A stretch of DNA of 63,209 bases, counting the filler, from Olpidium bornovanus S191 (Eukaryota; Fungi; Olpidiomycota): the NCBI GenBank assembly GCA_017911155.1. It is 28 parts of 28 records of this genome, joined end to end, with 100 filler letters (N's around TTAATTAATTAA, not from the genome) between each part and the next. Parts side by side here need not be neighbours in the genome. Positions count along the whole stretch, not along the records: positions 35,160 to 37,137 come from JAEFCI010007974.1; positions 37,238 to 39,936 come from JAEFCI010007252.1; positions 40,037 to 41,388 come from JAEFCI010003352.1; positions 41,489 to 45,844 come from JAEFCI010003229.1; positions 45,945 to 47,188 come from JAEFCI010011067.1; positions 47,289 to 49,257 come from JAEFCI010002135.1; 22 more parts are not named here. One strand, written 5' to 3'. Both the position numbers and the translations under genes were made by a program. Positions within the stretch are counted from its first letter, which is position 1, and each line of letters opens with the position of its first letter. Shown in pieces: positions 36,497 to 47,748 of the stretch. The notes beneath the pieces were generated by a model. It was not told where the DNA came from and made no database searches. It was given only the letters and a program-made list of their open reading frames with translations.

Positions 36497-37048
36497 TTGC
36501 GCTTTTCACCGAACGTCAGGTACCCGCTGTGCTCTACGTTGGTAACCCACGCAGCCGTCCTACTGTCCAACTACCTCATCTCAGGCGACGGTGCGCTGGA
36601 ATGGATATTTTTCTCAGCCTTCACGCTGGGTGTCTTTCTACAGACCTACGCAGTGAGCCCCGATGCATTCTACACTGTGGCGTTGGTCGTTGTGTCTGCT
36701 GACGTCGCTGTATACACCGTCGTTCCGATCGAGTACACGTCGCTGGCGGCGTCTTGGGTGTTTTCCTACTCCGTCTGCGAACTTTCACACAGCCTCCGTG
36801 GCGGGGGGCTTTGGGTAGCCGTGGCCATGACGTTAGCGAGGTTGGTGGTACCCTGGTACGGAAAGCCGGACTCCGCGCCGCATATAATCGAATTTGTGGC
36901 AGCACACTGCACCTCCTTCGGCCTCTGTTGTGAGTCCTCGGTGGCCATTGGTCGGGGACTGAGCGATGGACGCTCAAGAAAGCCCACTGTCCGTATGTCG
37001 CGTATCTCCCGATTGATCATTATATTACTCCAGATCTCTGTTATATAA
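36497..37048 (+). CDS. Hypothetical hydrophobic (membrane?) ORF
   Basis: 183-codon open frame with several hydrophobic stretches; no ATG start and no recognised family. Confidence 0.2.
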   Translation: MRFSPNVRYPLCSTLVTHAAVLLSNYLISGDGALEWIFFSAFTLGVFLQTYAVSPDAFYTVALVVVSADVAVYTVVPIEYTSLAASWVFSYSVCELSHSLRGGGLWVAVAMTLARLVVPWYGKPDSAPHIIEFVAAHCTSFGLCCESSVAIGRGLSDGRSRKPTVRMSRISRLIIILLQISVI

Positions 37049-37980
37049 TAGCGACCTGTCCGCTGGGCGCCATTACAATGTTCGCGTACGGCTTCGGCGG
37101 CATTACGATACCCCCAAAACCAGTAATTTCGCTCATGNNNNNNNNNNNNNNNNNNNNNNNNNNNNNNNNNNNNNNNNNNNNTTAATTAATTAANNNNNNN
37201 NNNNNNNNNNNNNNNNNNNNNNNNNNNNNNNNNNNNNCATGCTCACTCAGAGGGTCGCCACATCAGCAACTTCTTATTCAGGAGTGTTGCAGACAGAAAC
37301 TGTCTGCACCAGGCGCGGTGCTCAGACTGCTTGTTTTCCTCACTCGTAGAACCTCAGCACTGCCCCATCGGCCCGCTGCAACTGTTTGTGGGTGCTGCCC
37401 TTCAGTAAGGTAAAGCACGACAGCGGCTGCTTTGTAAAAAAAGCGTACGGTGGTTTTCTGCACCATCGCCTTCAGCGAAAGAGGGCCCGGAAACTCGCGG
37501 TCGCCAGGGTCGGACCTCCGTGGCTGAGAGGACCAGGGTGGCAAAAATCAAGAATTCACCAGCTCTTCCGGTGCAGGGGCGACGGGACTCTCAGGCGATG
37601 GTATATGATATTACATAGAGCATATTGATAATTATAATTATTCTATAAATGAGAGACTGGTATTTTACAGCCTACAGAGTTAGCTCCGTAGCTCAGTTAC
37701 AAGAGCTAAGGGATCAGTAACACCGAGGAGAGGCGGGTCGATTTCACGCTGCACATGCGGAAGACGGAAAAAACAAAGGGCCGCGCGGCATGTCGGCGTT
37801 TACTGCAATAAGTCAAAAAGCTCGGATGTTCTTGTCGGTCGGGCGTAGGTTTTGTACTGAAAGACGTACAGATAAATTAGGCACTTTGGCCATGTCCTCT
37901 TATAAATCGACCGTTTTGACGCAAAAACTCCACGCATAAAAGAAAGACGTTGACAGCCGCGGTCAGCTTCCGCCTCTCAC

Positions 37981-38143
37981 CGGCCGGGCCCCAGCAGGCA
38001 GAAGACATCATTGTTGACCAGCAATGTCTCCTCAATAAATTCCTGCAAGCTGCCCCGGACATAGCATAAGTGACGCATGAGATCCACACGATCGAAAATA
38101 TGTCTCCTCCCCAAACCCAATTTAACATCCCAAGTCTCGTCGG
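37981..38143 (-). CDS. Unidentified internal exon
   Basis: CAG acceptor and GTGAGA donor flank an open, protein-like frame (DETWDVKLGLGRRHIFDRVDLMRHLCYVRGSLQEFIEETLLVNNDVFCLLGPG). Confidence 0.35.
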
Positions 38144-39377
38144 CTGCCGCGTTTCGTTGGGCGCAGGAGCGTCACCCATTCCGCATAGTCATAAACACGC
38201 GGCCCAGCCGGCCCCGAGGCACAGACACCGGACTCCCTGGCTCGCCGGCCGGGTTTCTAGGTAGAGAGCAAACACGGGGACAAACGGGGATTTCACTATT
38301 GTTTCCCCTCAGGGGGCCGCATTAGCGACCCCCCCCCCCCCGGCGCGCCGCTTCGGATGCGAAAAGCCAGCATTCCGCACGTGGAACGATCGCGTGCTGA
38401 ACCTGGCGTTTCTCTTGCAGCGCTGCTTGACGGCCTCGGGCTGTAGGTGTCCCGGCACGCTTCGTTAGGTGTGTGAACGACAGTGAGGTTCATAAGTGAC
38501 TTGTATGGGGAGCGCGGTTGTAGTTAAATCTCGTTTGTCAAAGCACCAAAGGAGGTGGGAACAATGATGAGGTCAATGGCGATTTGTATGGGGCTTTGCT
38601 ATTGTTCGCACCGTATGTGAAGCATTAAAAAAACCGCCCATCTTAAACATTGCTGATTTCTTTTTTCATTGCGTTGCCGACACCGTTTACACGTGGGAAA
38701 GGTAAAGAGATAGGCGACCGGTGCGGGTCAAAAAAAGGATGATAATCGAGAAAAGGAGGGGGGGGGATGTTGGACAGCATTAGTTAGAAAATGTACGGGG
38801 GGGGAGGAGATAGATAAGAGAAGAACTGGAAACGGAGCGCAAGGGCGATGACGAAAAGGGTTTACAGTTTGGTCACGCGGTAGCGGCCTTTTTTTCGTCT
38901 CTTTGGCGGCGTGTGATTGGGGGGGGGGGGGGGGAAAGGAGTAGAGAGAGATCCTACATCAAGTCAGATTTCGTTTTTCTTTTTTTCTTTTTTTTTTTCC
39001 TGCCCTTTTTACGTTTGAAGAATGCACAGAGTGTCGCGCGCGGTCGGAGGAGGGATTTCGACAGGATGCGGGCGAGGAAGTCTCAAAAGACGTGAAAGTG
39101 GAACAAAATAAAAAAATTAAATAATAGGTAGAGAAATGAAAATGGCTGGGGCTTAAGAAAAAGGTGAAGCACAGGTAGGTAACGGGTACCAGGATGGGAT
39201 CAGAAAAAGAAGATGTTGCACCCAAAGATATTAACAAAATTCGCGGGAGATTAAAAGGGTATTGAGGTGGAGAAGGGGACGAGAAAGTTGTACTTCAGGC
39301 TCCAGCCGGGTGCGATAAGGACTTACGAGGCCCGAGGAAAGAGAAGCGGCGGGGGATAGCCACCTGGCAACCGACAG

Positions 39378-39936
39378 TTACATGTACGGCAAAAAGCAGC
39401 CCTTGTAATCCACAGTCACGGGCATGAGTTGCCCGTTTCCGTTGCTGAGGTGCTGGTGGATCAGAAAACCATCATGGACGGCTTGCCCGTTCATTCCGTT
39501 TTTCCCGGTCTGGCCGATGACGGGTGGGATGAGATCCCGCTGAAGTTTTGAAAGGATCCGCTTCCCGTAGGGTGTGTGGCGAATGGCCGGGAGGAGCGGT
39601 CGCATGCATTCGACGAGCTGGTTACGCGCGGGACGGGATGAAAATGCAGCGTTACCTCGAGATCAGCACGTCCGTCGGATACCGGCAGAAGGAGGCCGGA
39701 TACACACGTGGAGCTTTTGATCCGGACCGGCATAATCAAGAGCCGTCTGGACCACATAGTTGGCGTACGCGTCGCGGAGTAGTTTATCCAATCGGTCGAG
39801 GTTCAGCATCTCGGATATCAATGCTCGGCGAGTGTCGGTCTCAGCGACACGGATGCACTTTCAAACGAGCGAAGGTCACATATTGAACTCACGGAGCTCA
39901 GTGCACTGAAATACGATCTGGCGTACCTTCTCCATG
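39378..39936 (-). CDS. Pumilio/PUF RNA-binding protein (Puf4/Puf5-like), 3' end
   Basis: MEK/CIRVAE...LLRDAYANYVVQTALD (last PUF repeat, NYxxQ) and RPLLPAIRHTPYGKRILSKL. Confidence 0.88.
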
Positions 39937-40036
39937 NNNNNNNNNNNNNNNNNNNNNNNNNNNNNNNNNNNNNNNNNNNNTTAATTAATTAANNNNNNNN
40001 NNNNNNNNNNNNNNNNNNNNNNNNNNNNNNNNNNNN

Positions 40037-41144
40037 CATGCCGCGGCGGCGCCGGAGAACGCGGGTTGGCGTCCAGCCAGCGGTAGCGCTCTCGGTCCTC
40101 GTCCACCTCCTCCGTCTCCTCTTCCCCCTCGCCCTCAACCCGGGCGTGCGTCGGCAGCCGGTCGTTTTGCTCTACCTCGAACTCATATCCGCGAGCGCTC
40201 GAAGGGTCGACATATATCTCCCGGCCCGCGTTGCCGGCGGGAGGCGGGGGGCCGGCCCCACCCCGGTTGTTCTCCTCGCAGGCGTCGATCCAGTCGCTGT
40301 ACACGTCAATCGCGTGGCTGAGAGCTGCGCGCGGCGGGAGGTCGAAAACACCCCCCGCGGGGCGAGAGATCAAGGAGGCCGGGATCAGCTTTTTTTTTTT
40401 CCCTTGCAAATTTTTGGCCGGGAGGCCCCCCTCCCCCCTTGGCGCGAGTCGCCGAAAACGTACGTGTGATGTTCGTTTGCCATGTTATCTGGCAAACCCG
40501 GCATTTGATCTCCCCGATGCCTGCGCTCTTGTTTCTTTCGGCCGCAACGTTTTTTTTTTGTTTTTTTTTTTTTTTAGTGGGAAGCGGGAAGCGGGAGGGA
40601 GGAAGGGGCGACGGCCGCGAAGGTCATGAGCCGCCGGTCCGAGCGAACTTTTGCGATCCTTCGGAACGCCACCCTCCGTTTTTTCTTTTTTTGCAAACTG
40701 GGCGGAACCGTTCGTCTCTTCCCCCCCTTCAACCCCCCCCCGACAGGCCGACCGTGTTTACCGTACCCTTTGGGCCTGGAAACCGAGCAGCCCCAAACCC
40801 TCCTCTGCGCGCCCCACCCCGTTTTACCTACAGCTTCGCGGTCACGGACTGGGACCGGTGCGGGACGGGGGGGGAGAGCACGGAACGGACGAGCAGACGC
40901 GAGAAGAATGCACGCAGTTCAGTTTCGGGGTGGTCTCTCTCTCTCTCTCTTCAAAGCAGCGGGGCGCGACTGGGACGGGGAGGTTTTTTTTTTTTTTTTT
41001 TCTTTTTTTTTTCTTTTCTCTTCTTCCCTCCCCCGGAGTCTTCTCCCGCACCTTCTCGTGGTTGCAGAACAGGCAGTTGAACTGCGTTTCCAGCTTCGCC
41101 TTTACCCTCGCCTGCGGCTTCCGCTTCGTCTTCCGCTTTCCCAT
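40037..41144 (-). CDS. ELF1: Transcription elongation factor Elf1 with acidic C-terminal tail (stop lies beyond the contig edge)
   Basis: MGKRKTKRKP...LETQFNCLFCNHEK / SVTAKL / NKSAGIGEIKCRVCQITWQTNIT / LSHAIDVYSDWIDACE; four exons with GT-AG borders. Confidence 0.93.
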
Positions 41145-41488
41145 GGCACACACACACACGCACGCACGCACGCACGCACGCACGCACACGCGGGCCCGTC
41201 CCCGCAATCGGGGGGGGGGGGTTTCGGCGGGTCTCGGGGAAGGGGAAAAAGGGGTCCTCCCCTTTTTTTCCGTTTCTCCTTCTCCGTCCTCCTTCGTCGT
41301 CGTCGCTTTCTCTTTCGTTTTTTTTTTTTTTTTTCCTCCTTTTTTTATCTGCGCTTTCCCCCTCAAAAGCCCGACCGCCCGCTGGCGGNNNNNNNNNNNN
41401 NNNNNNNNNNNNNNNNNNNNNNNNNNNNNNNNTTAATTAATTAANNNNNNNNNNNNNNNNNNNNNNNNNNNNNNNNNNNNNNNNNNNN

Positions 41489-42558
41489 GACGCTCGGCCC
41501 GACGAGCCCCAGCCAGACGAGCACGTAGGTCCGGTCGGTGACTTCGACTTTTCCGGCGTCCGCCGCCGCCGCCGCCGCCGCCGCCGGAGGGCGCCCCGCC
41601 TGGCGCATGAGGGCCGCGGTATCGCACGGGTGGAGGTGGAGGAACGGCACGCCCAGGTGCGGGTGGTCCGCGAGCGTCAGCGCGCCGCCGAACCCCTGCC
41701 GCCGCATCGCCTCGCGCGCCGGCTCGGGCGCGGGGGAGACCACGTCGTCCGCCGTCAGCGGAGAGCCGTCTGGGGGGCCCCGCCCGCCCGTCGCAAAACC
41801 AAAAAAAAAAGAAAGTCCCGGTTATTATTTTGTGACCCGCAAAATGACCCGCAAAAAACCCGAGCGATCGCGTCGTTCACCGGCGGTCGACTTTTGTCGC
41901 CAGGACGAAATCTCCGAGGGGAAAAATCAAAAAGTCCTTACCTGACCGCGCAGCCGACAGGAACAACGCCGGAACCTGGTACGACGCGATGTAGACCACG
42001 TGGTAGCTTACCGTGGCCCATTCGTCGTCCTGGCCCCCCCCCCCCGGCCCAACCGGAAAAAGAAAATTGACGCGCAAGAAATTGCCAACCGTCAGCGGCA
42101 ACCTGGGGCAAAGCGCTTTGCGCTTTTGATGTGTCGGGGAAAAGCTCAGAGTTTGTTTTTTTTATTTGCTTCCTTACCGATCCCTGGAGGAGGGACGAAG
42201 GGTCGTGCTCTTCATGCACGGAGGTGCCAGCGGCTGTCGCAAGCTGCGCGCCTTCGGAGGAGGAGCGCCCGCTCCGCGGTGCCCGCATCCTGGCGGGATT
42301 TCTGACGAGGTAACGAGGGGGCCCGCCTGCGGGCGCCGCGGCGAACGTCCACTGGCCTTCCTCGGACGTCCTCTCCAGGTTCCGCAGGAACGCCTCCGCG
42401 CACCGTGCGAACTCGTCCTCGGAGAGCAGCGGGTAATTTTGCAGCGGCGTGCCGGCCGGCGAGCCCGCGCCAGACCCGCCGCTCCCGGCCGCCCGCCCCT
42501 GCGGGCCCTGCTCCGCGTGCGCGCCGGAATCCCCCGGCGAGGTGCTTATCGGCGACAT
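41489..42558 (-). CDS. ATG10: Atg10 E2-like domain; in frame with the upstream RhoGAP
   Basis: YPLLSEDEFARCA, YHVVYIASYQVPALF, DGSPL, DHPHLGVPFLHLHPCDT (catalytic Cys near 41625) and YVLVWLGLVG. Nearest in-frame ATG is at 42558. Confidence 0.88.
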
Positions 42559-45500
42559 GAGTTGGCCGGCGTCGAACAGCACCGCGTCGGCCGGGGCGGT
42601 CGTTTTCTTGTCTTTTCCCATCTTGTCAATGTCCGCCAGTATCCTCCTCTCCGCCTCCCTGCCCGTCGAGTTCGGCGCCAGTTGGAGATCCAAATTGGAG
42701 CATCCAAAGCTCCTCTTCCGCTCCTGCCGCGCGGCCTCCTCCAGCTGTATCACCCTCCTGTCCAGGCTGGCGTCTCGGGCGGCCGACGGCCGCGCGCGCA
42801 GCGGACCGAAAATCAGGTCGTGGTGGGTCAGGATGTCCTTGACCGCCCGTTGCGGGTGGCGGTCCAACAGGGTCGTCGCGGTCTCCGTTCCCTGCCGCAA
42901 AAATATGTTGCCGAGCACGTCCGCCGCCGCCGAGCAGAATCCCGACTCCGACGTCTCGTCGTGGGACTTGAGGCTGTTGGGGGGGGGGGGGGGGGGGGGG
43001 GGGGGTGGGGGGGGGGGGGGGGGGAATGGGTCTTCAGTTGGAGGACGTTCATACTTTTCTTCCTTTGGTGTGATGAGCTAGTTTTGGCGTTGTTTGCCCC
43101 ACCTGACCAGGTGCGAGCATACCGCATCCAGCGTCCAAAAGTGCGGTTCCGGAAGAGTGGCAATTAGGTTACGAAGCGACGCCACTTTGGCATCCTGCTC
43201 AACGTCGTCCGTGTCTAAATAGGGAAATACGGGAGGAAATGGGCCCCCTTCCTTTTTTTACTGTCCCTGAATCCTTCGCGTGGCGTGAATACCGTCATTA
43301 GGCCCGAAAAAACGTACGGGACAGATACAAAACTTTGATGGTCTCGTAGATTTCGCTCGTCAGCAGGCAGTCACTGGATTCGAATTTGAAACCATTTTCC
43401 GCGTTAGTTGGTGGGTTTTGGCGGGATCACCAGAAAAAAAAAAATCGCCACCGGTCGCTCTGCAAAACAAAAGAAACACTCACGGCAGCTCTCGAAAGAA
43501 CACGACGCACACGGCCGCCACAGCGGATATGTCGTAGGTTCGGAGCATTTTGAGCGTGATCTTTTCTTCTGAAAATAATAAACAGAAATATAAGAAGTGT
43601 TAAAAAACGGGAAAAACGCGCCCCCCCCCCCCTGCATCTCACACCGGGATTGGGGCGGGGACAGATATTACACGAAAAGAAAACGGTGAGGCGCGACGAA
43701 CGCCGGGGGGCTCCTACCCGATGGCCGGTTAAGCTCGCTGCGAAGGCTGTAAGCTTCAAACACGCGCGAATCCGCTGACAACCACGCGTTCCGTTTTTCT
43801 TTTTATTTGTTTGTTTTTTATTTAAAACACCAGAGGAAACAAGCCGCCGTCGCGCTTACTCAGCCCCGGAAACAAGCGCGCGCGAGGAAAAAAAAGAAAT
43901 GCTACTTTAAATACCATCCATAGACTTGCTGTCCTTGTTGATCGCAGAGATGCACTTCTCGACCAGCGGCGGTACCCGCGCGCCGCACGCCTTCGACAGC
44001 TCTTCCAGCCTGACGCCGAATATCTGGTCGACGGCGCATCCGTGGTAGCGGCTCTGATAGAGCACAGGCGGCGGCCTGCGCCGCGGCGCCGAGGCGACCG
44101 TGAGCTCGACCTCCGACAAGGGACGACGAGATCGCGCGTGTGGACCCCCCTCCAAAACCCGCTCCCCACCCCTTCCCCCCTCAAACCTACCGCGTATATC
44201 CTGTGCGATACTGTTCGATTATGGCGTTCACGTCTTGCATGGGGTTGAACACCTGTACGCCCCGGAGGCCCAAAACGGAAAAGGGAGGTATCCGAGAGGG
44301 GAGGACGGGCACGTCGTTCAAGCGTTTTTTTTTTTTTTTTTTTTTTTTTTAGGGCGGCTGGCCTGGGGCTCGCAGCAAGAAAACAGTTCTAATTTTTCAC
44401 CTCCAAGTAAGTGACTGTCCGCCCGGAAGTCTCCGAGACGACCGGCAGGATGCTTGCTTGCAAAGCCGCTAGTTCGCAGAACCCCACTTTCGCGATCGCG
44501 AGCCGGTCCATCTCCAGATCCTGCATGGAGCCCAGGTGTTTATACACCTCGCCGATGAGGGCGGTGCGGGCGGTGTCCGTTTTTTTCACGGCCGTTCGGT
44601 ACTGCAGATCGGCCTAGCGTACCAACGGGGTTGCGTAAGCGAAAGAAAAGAAGAAAAAAGGAATTTGGCCGAAAGCGCCGGCAGCGAACGAACCCGTTCG
44701 GCCTAGACGGGTCCAATGGGGGTGGGAAGGGGGCGGGACCTGTTAGCTCCCTCCAGCATACTCGGGGGAACAAAAAACGCAAAGAAAAGTCGCAGTCGTC
44801 CTCGTACCTCCCGGCGAGCCGTTTTATGGGGAGGTTCGCCGGCGGCTGCCGGCGGTTTTTGGTACTGTGCGAACGAGCCAACGTATCTCGCTTAGCCGGA
44901 TCGGACCAGGACGGGAATTTTGCCGGCGGACGGATCGGGGCGGCAGTGGCTTGCCTGGTAATATGAGTTCGCGGCCGAGTCGAACCGATTTCCCGGACCG
45001 ATGCGCCGGAGGTACCCCTGGTCAAGAAGATCCTGGCCGACGCCTTGAACCTCGTTGTCGTCCCGTAGCCTGGCGAGGCCCCCTCCGCCCGACTCCAGCC
45101 AGAGCGCCAGGTCCCGGCCGCTGATGGCCCCGCGGAAGGTCCCAAGAAGCGCGTAGGGCGCAACGTCCTGTGACGGGATTTCGCGGGCCATCCTGCTCAG
45201 GAAGTCCGAGATCCCTTCTTGGGTATACGTCTCGCCGCCGAGCTTTATAGGAACGTCCGCCGCTGCCGGGGCCGACGAGGGCGGAGAGGTCGAGTGTCCG
45301 TGCGAGACCGCGGTGGCGGCGGCGCGGGCAACGGAGCTGAAGACGATTGAGAGCTGCCGAAGTCTTTCCCGAGGCGGCGGCTCCGTGGGCCGTGCGGCCG
45401 TCCCGTGGCCCTCGGCCGCTCTATCGTCTTGAACCGCACCGCCGGATTTCTGTGACATGGTCGGGCTGGACGACGCCGCCGCCGCGTCTACCTCGGCCGA

Positions 45501-45751
45501 TTTTTCAGCCTTGTCTGCCTCCTCGCACAGCGCCACGTACGCCTGCTTCGCCCTGTTCAGCTCGTCAAGCTGTCTGCTGTAATTTTTGAAGGCGTCCCGC
45601 ACGAGCTTCGCCTCGGCGTCGACTTTCGCGTATCGCTTCGCAAAGTCCTCGAGCGGTACCACGACATTCTCTCGAAGAGAAGTCGCGTGACTCTGGTACG
45701 AGGCGGCGAGCTGCACGCTTTCTTCGCGCAACGCCTCAAAAGCCTGATCAA
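42559..45751 (-). CDS. F-BAR/FCH-DEP-RhoGAP protein (Rgd2/Rga8-like), 5'-partial; no stop before Atg10
   Basis: F-BAR helices (HATSLRENVVVPLEDFAK), DEP (ISGRDLALWL...VGQDLLDQGYLRRIG), QIFGVRLEEL...VPPLVEKCI, YDISAVAAV...FRELP, LRNLIATLP and DRHPQRAVKDILTHHDLIF. Confidence 0.88.
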
Positions 45752-45753
45752 GT

Positions 45754-45835
<82 letters not shown>

Positions 45836-45944
45836 ACCCCGCCANNNNNNNNNNNNNNNNNNNNNNNNNNNNNNNNNNNNNNNNNNNNTTAATTAATTAA
45901 NNNNNNNNNNNNNNNNNNNNNNNNNNNNNNNNNNNNNNNNNNNN

Positions 45945-45987
<43 letters not shown>

Positions 45988-46108
45988 AGGACGGGGCCCG
46001 GAACTAACTAAGCTAGTGGATAGATAGCTAGTGGATAGATAAAAACAGAAGAATAAAGGGGAAAAAAGGGGGGGAGGGGTTGGTTCATGCCGGCGCCAGA
46101 CTCGGCGG

Positions 46109-47070
46109 TCACTGCTTGCTCAAGTTCATCCAGGTCGCCCATAAAATATTCTTGAGCTGCAGCAAGTCCGGCCTCCGGCGGTGCTTCGCGGGAAGTTGCC
46201 GAACCTCGCCGGTCACGTCCAGCGAACGGCCGACGTGCTCCGGCGACACGAAGTCCATCGCCACCTTGACGGCGCTCCGGAGGTTGGCGACCTGGTGCAA
46301 GCAGCCCGCCGGCACGTACACCGCGTCCCCGGGCTTCTGGTAGACGCGTCAGCCCCGGACGCCGTACTTCACGTGGAGGAGGCGGCGCTCCGCGTCGGTG
46401 AGGTACAGGACCTGGTCGTGTATGATGTCGGCCGCATCCTCCCCCGGGGCCCCCTTCGACGCCCCCGGGCCCGGCGGCCTCCGCGGCAGCACCTCCCTCC
46501 GCAGGAACTCGCGCACGACGTCCACCTTGTCCGCGGGGAATATGTCCCACACCGCACCGACCTGGTCGCCCTCTTCGTCGTTGTTTTCGGAGTCCTCGTC
46601 CCTACCGACGTGCACCATGAGGTTGACGGCGTCGGCCATGTCGAGTTGCAGACACGCGGTGCCGACAGGGCCGCGGCGCACTGCGGCATCCAGCTCCTGC
46701 GCCGCGTACGCGTTGCACATCTTCGGGCCGAGGTCCGGCGGCGAGAACTCCTTCGGCAGGTACGACACGAGGTTCAGATGGCAATTCGGCCGGGTGTATT
46801 CCGGATAGGGCAGAGCTTTCATGAAGTCTTCGAAATGACCAGGGAACTTCTCCTTAAAGTGCTGATCGGTGGGCCAGTCCTAGGGCGCAAAAGAAAAGTA
46901 GTTGGAGGACCAAAAAATTAGAACACGGCGGGCCTGCTGCTGCGACGGCAAACTGCGGAAAGCAAGGTGTTTTGTAATACCTTGAGCTTCAGAATCAGCG
47001 GGTCGCCGTTCTCGTCCATTTTCCTGCAGGCGGGATCGTTAAAGTCGAGGAAGAAATCACGGGCTTTCAT
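46109..47070 (-). pseudogene. KDM3/JHDM2-type JmjC domain gene with an in-frame stop and loss of an Fe-binding His
   Basis: LKLK/DWP...F...LP..EYT...LNL...PDLGPKM.NAY, LQLDMADAVN (HxD changed to QxD), GAVWDIF, IHDQ..YL, GVRG*RVYQKPGDAVYVPAG..HQV..L...KVAMDFVSPEH. TGA at 46351-46349. Confidence 0.8.
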
Positions 47071-47099
47071 GTTTCAGAGGATCGTTATATGGTTTTTTG

Positions 47100-47161
47100 G
47101 TACCCTCGGGCTAATCGGGCGTACCCTCGGGCTAATCGGGCGTACCCTCGGGCTAATCGGG
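47100..47161 (+). repeat. 21-bp tandem repeat (GTACCCTCGGGCTAATCGGGC) x3
   Basis: Direct inspection. Confidence 0.92.
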
Positions 47162-47317
47162 TGGTCTACAGTACAGAGCGCACGCCACNNNNNNNNNNNN
47201 NNNNNNNNNNNNNNNNNNNNNNNNNNNNNNNNTTAATTAATTAANNNNNNNNNNNNNNNNNNNNNNNNNNNNNNNNNNNNNNNNNNNNCTCTTTTTTTTT
47301 TTTTTTTTTTGTTTTGG

Positions 47318-47403
<86 letters not shown>

Positions 47404-47748
47404 TCGTCTCGTGGGGGGCGGGATTGGACGGACAGGGAGGGGGGCGGGTGCAGCGCGCGTGTGCGATGTGGGCCGGCGCGTTCGCCGCCCGCCCGCCGCC
47501 CGCCCGCCCGACGCCCGCCGCCCGCCCGCCGCCCGCCCGCCGCCCGCCCGCCGCCCGCCCGCGCGCGCACGCACACGCACACGCACGCACCCTCGCGTGC
47601 GGCGCTCTCGCACGCACACCAACCCGCGCTCGCGCACGCGCGCTCACCCGTCTTCTCCTGCAACTCGCCGCCGCAGCCCCCCCCCCCCTTCCCGCTCTCT
47701 CGTCCCCGACCCCGTCGTCTCGCTCTGCTGCACAAAACGGTTCTGCAT

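Noticed and set aside
36680-36770. Kinase subdomain IX-like SDVYSIG on the minus strand
   Set aside because: Flanked by in-frame stops, with no HRD, DFG or APE motifs nearby; likely chance.
46349-46351. Alternative genetic code (TGA = Trp)
   Set aside because: TGA ends the adenylyl cyclase (50764-50766) and the RNase III gene at their expected C-termini, and conserved Trp codons elsewhere are TGG.
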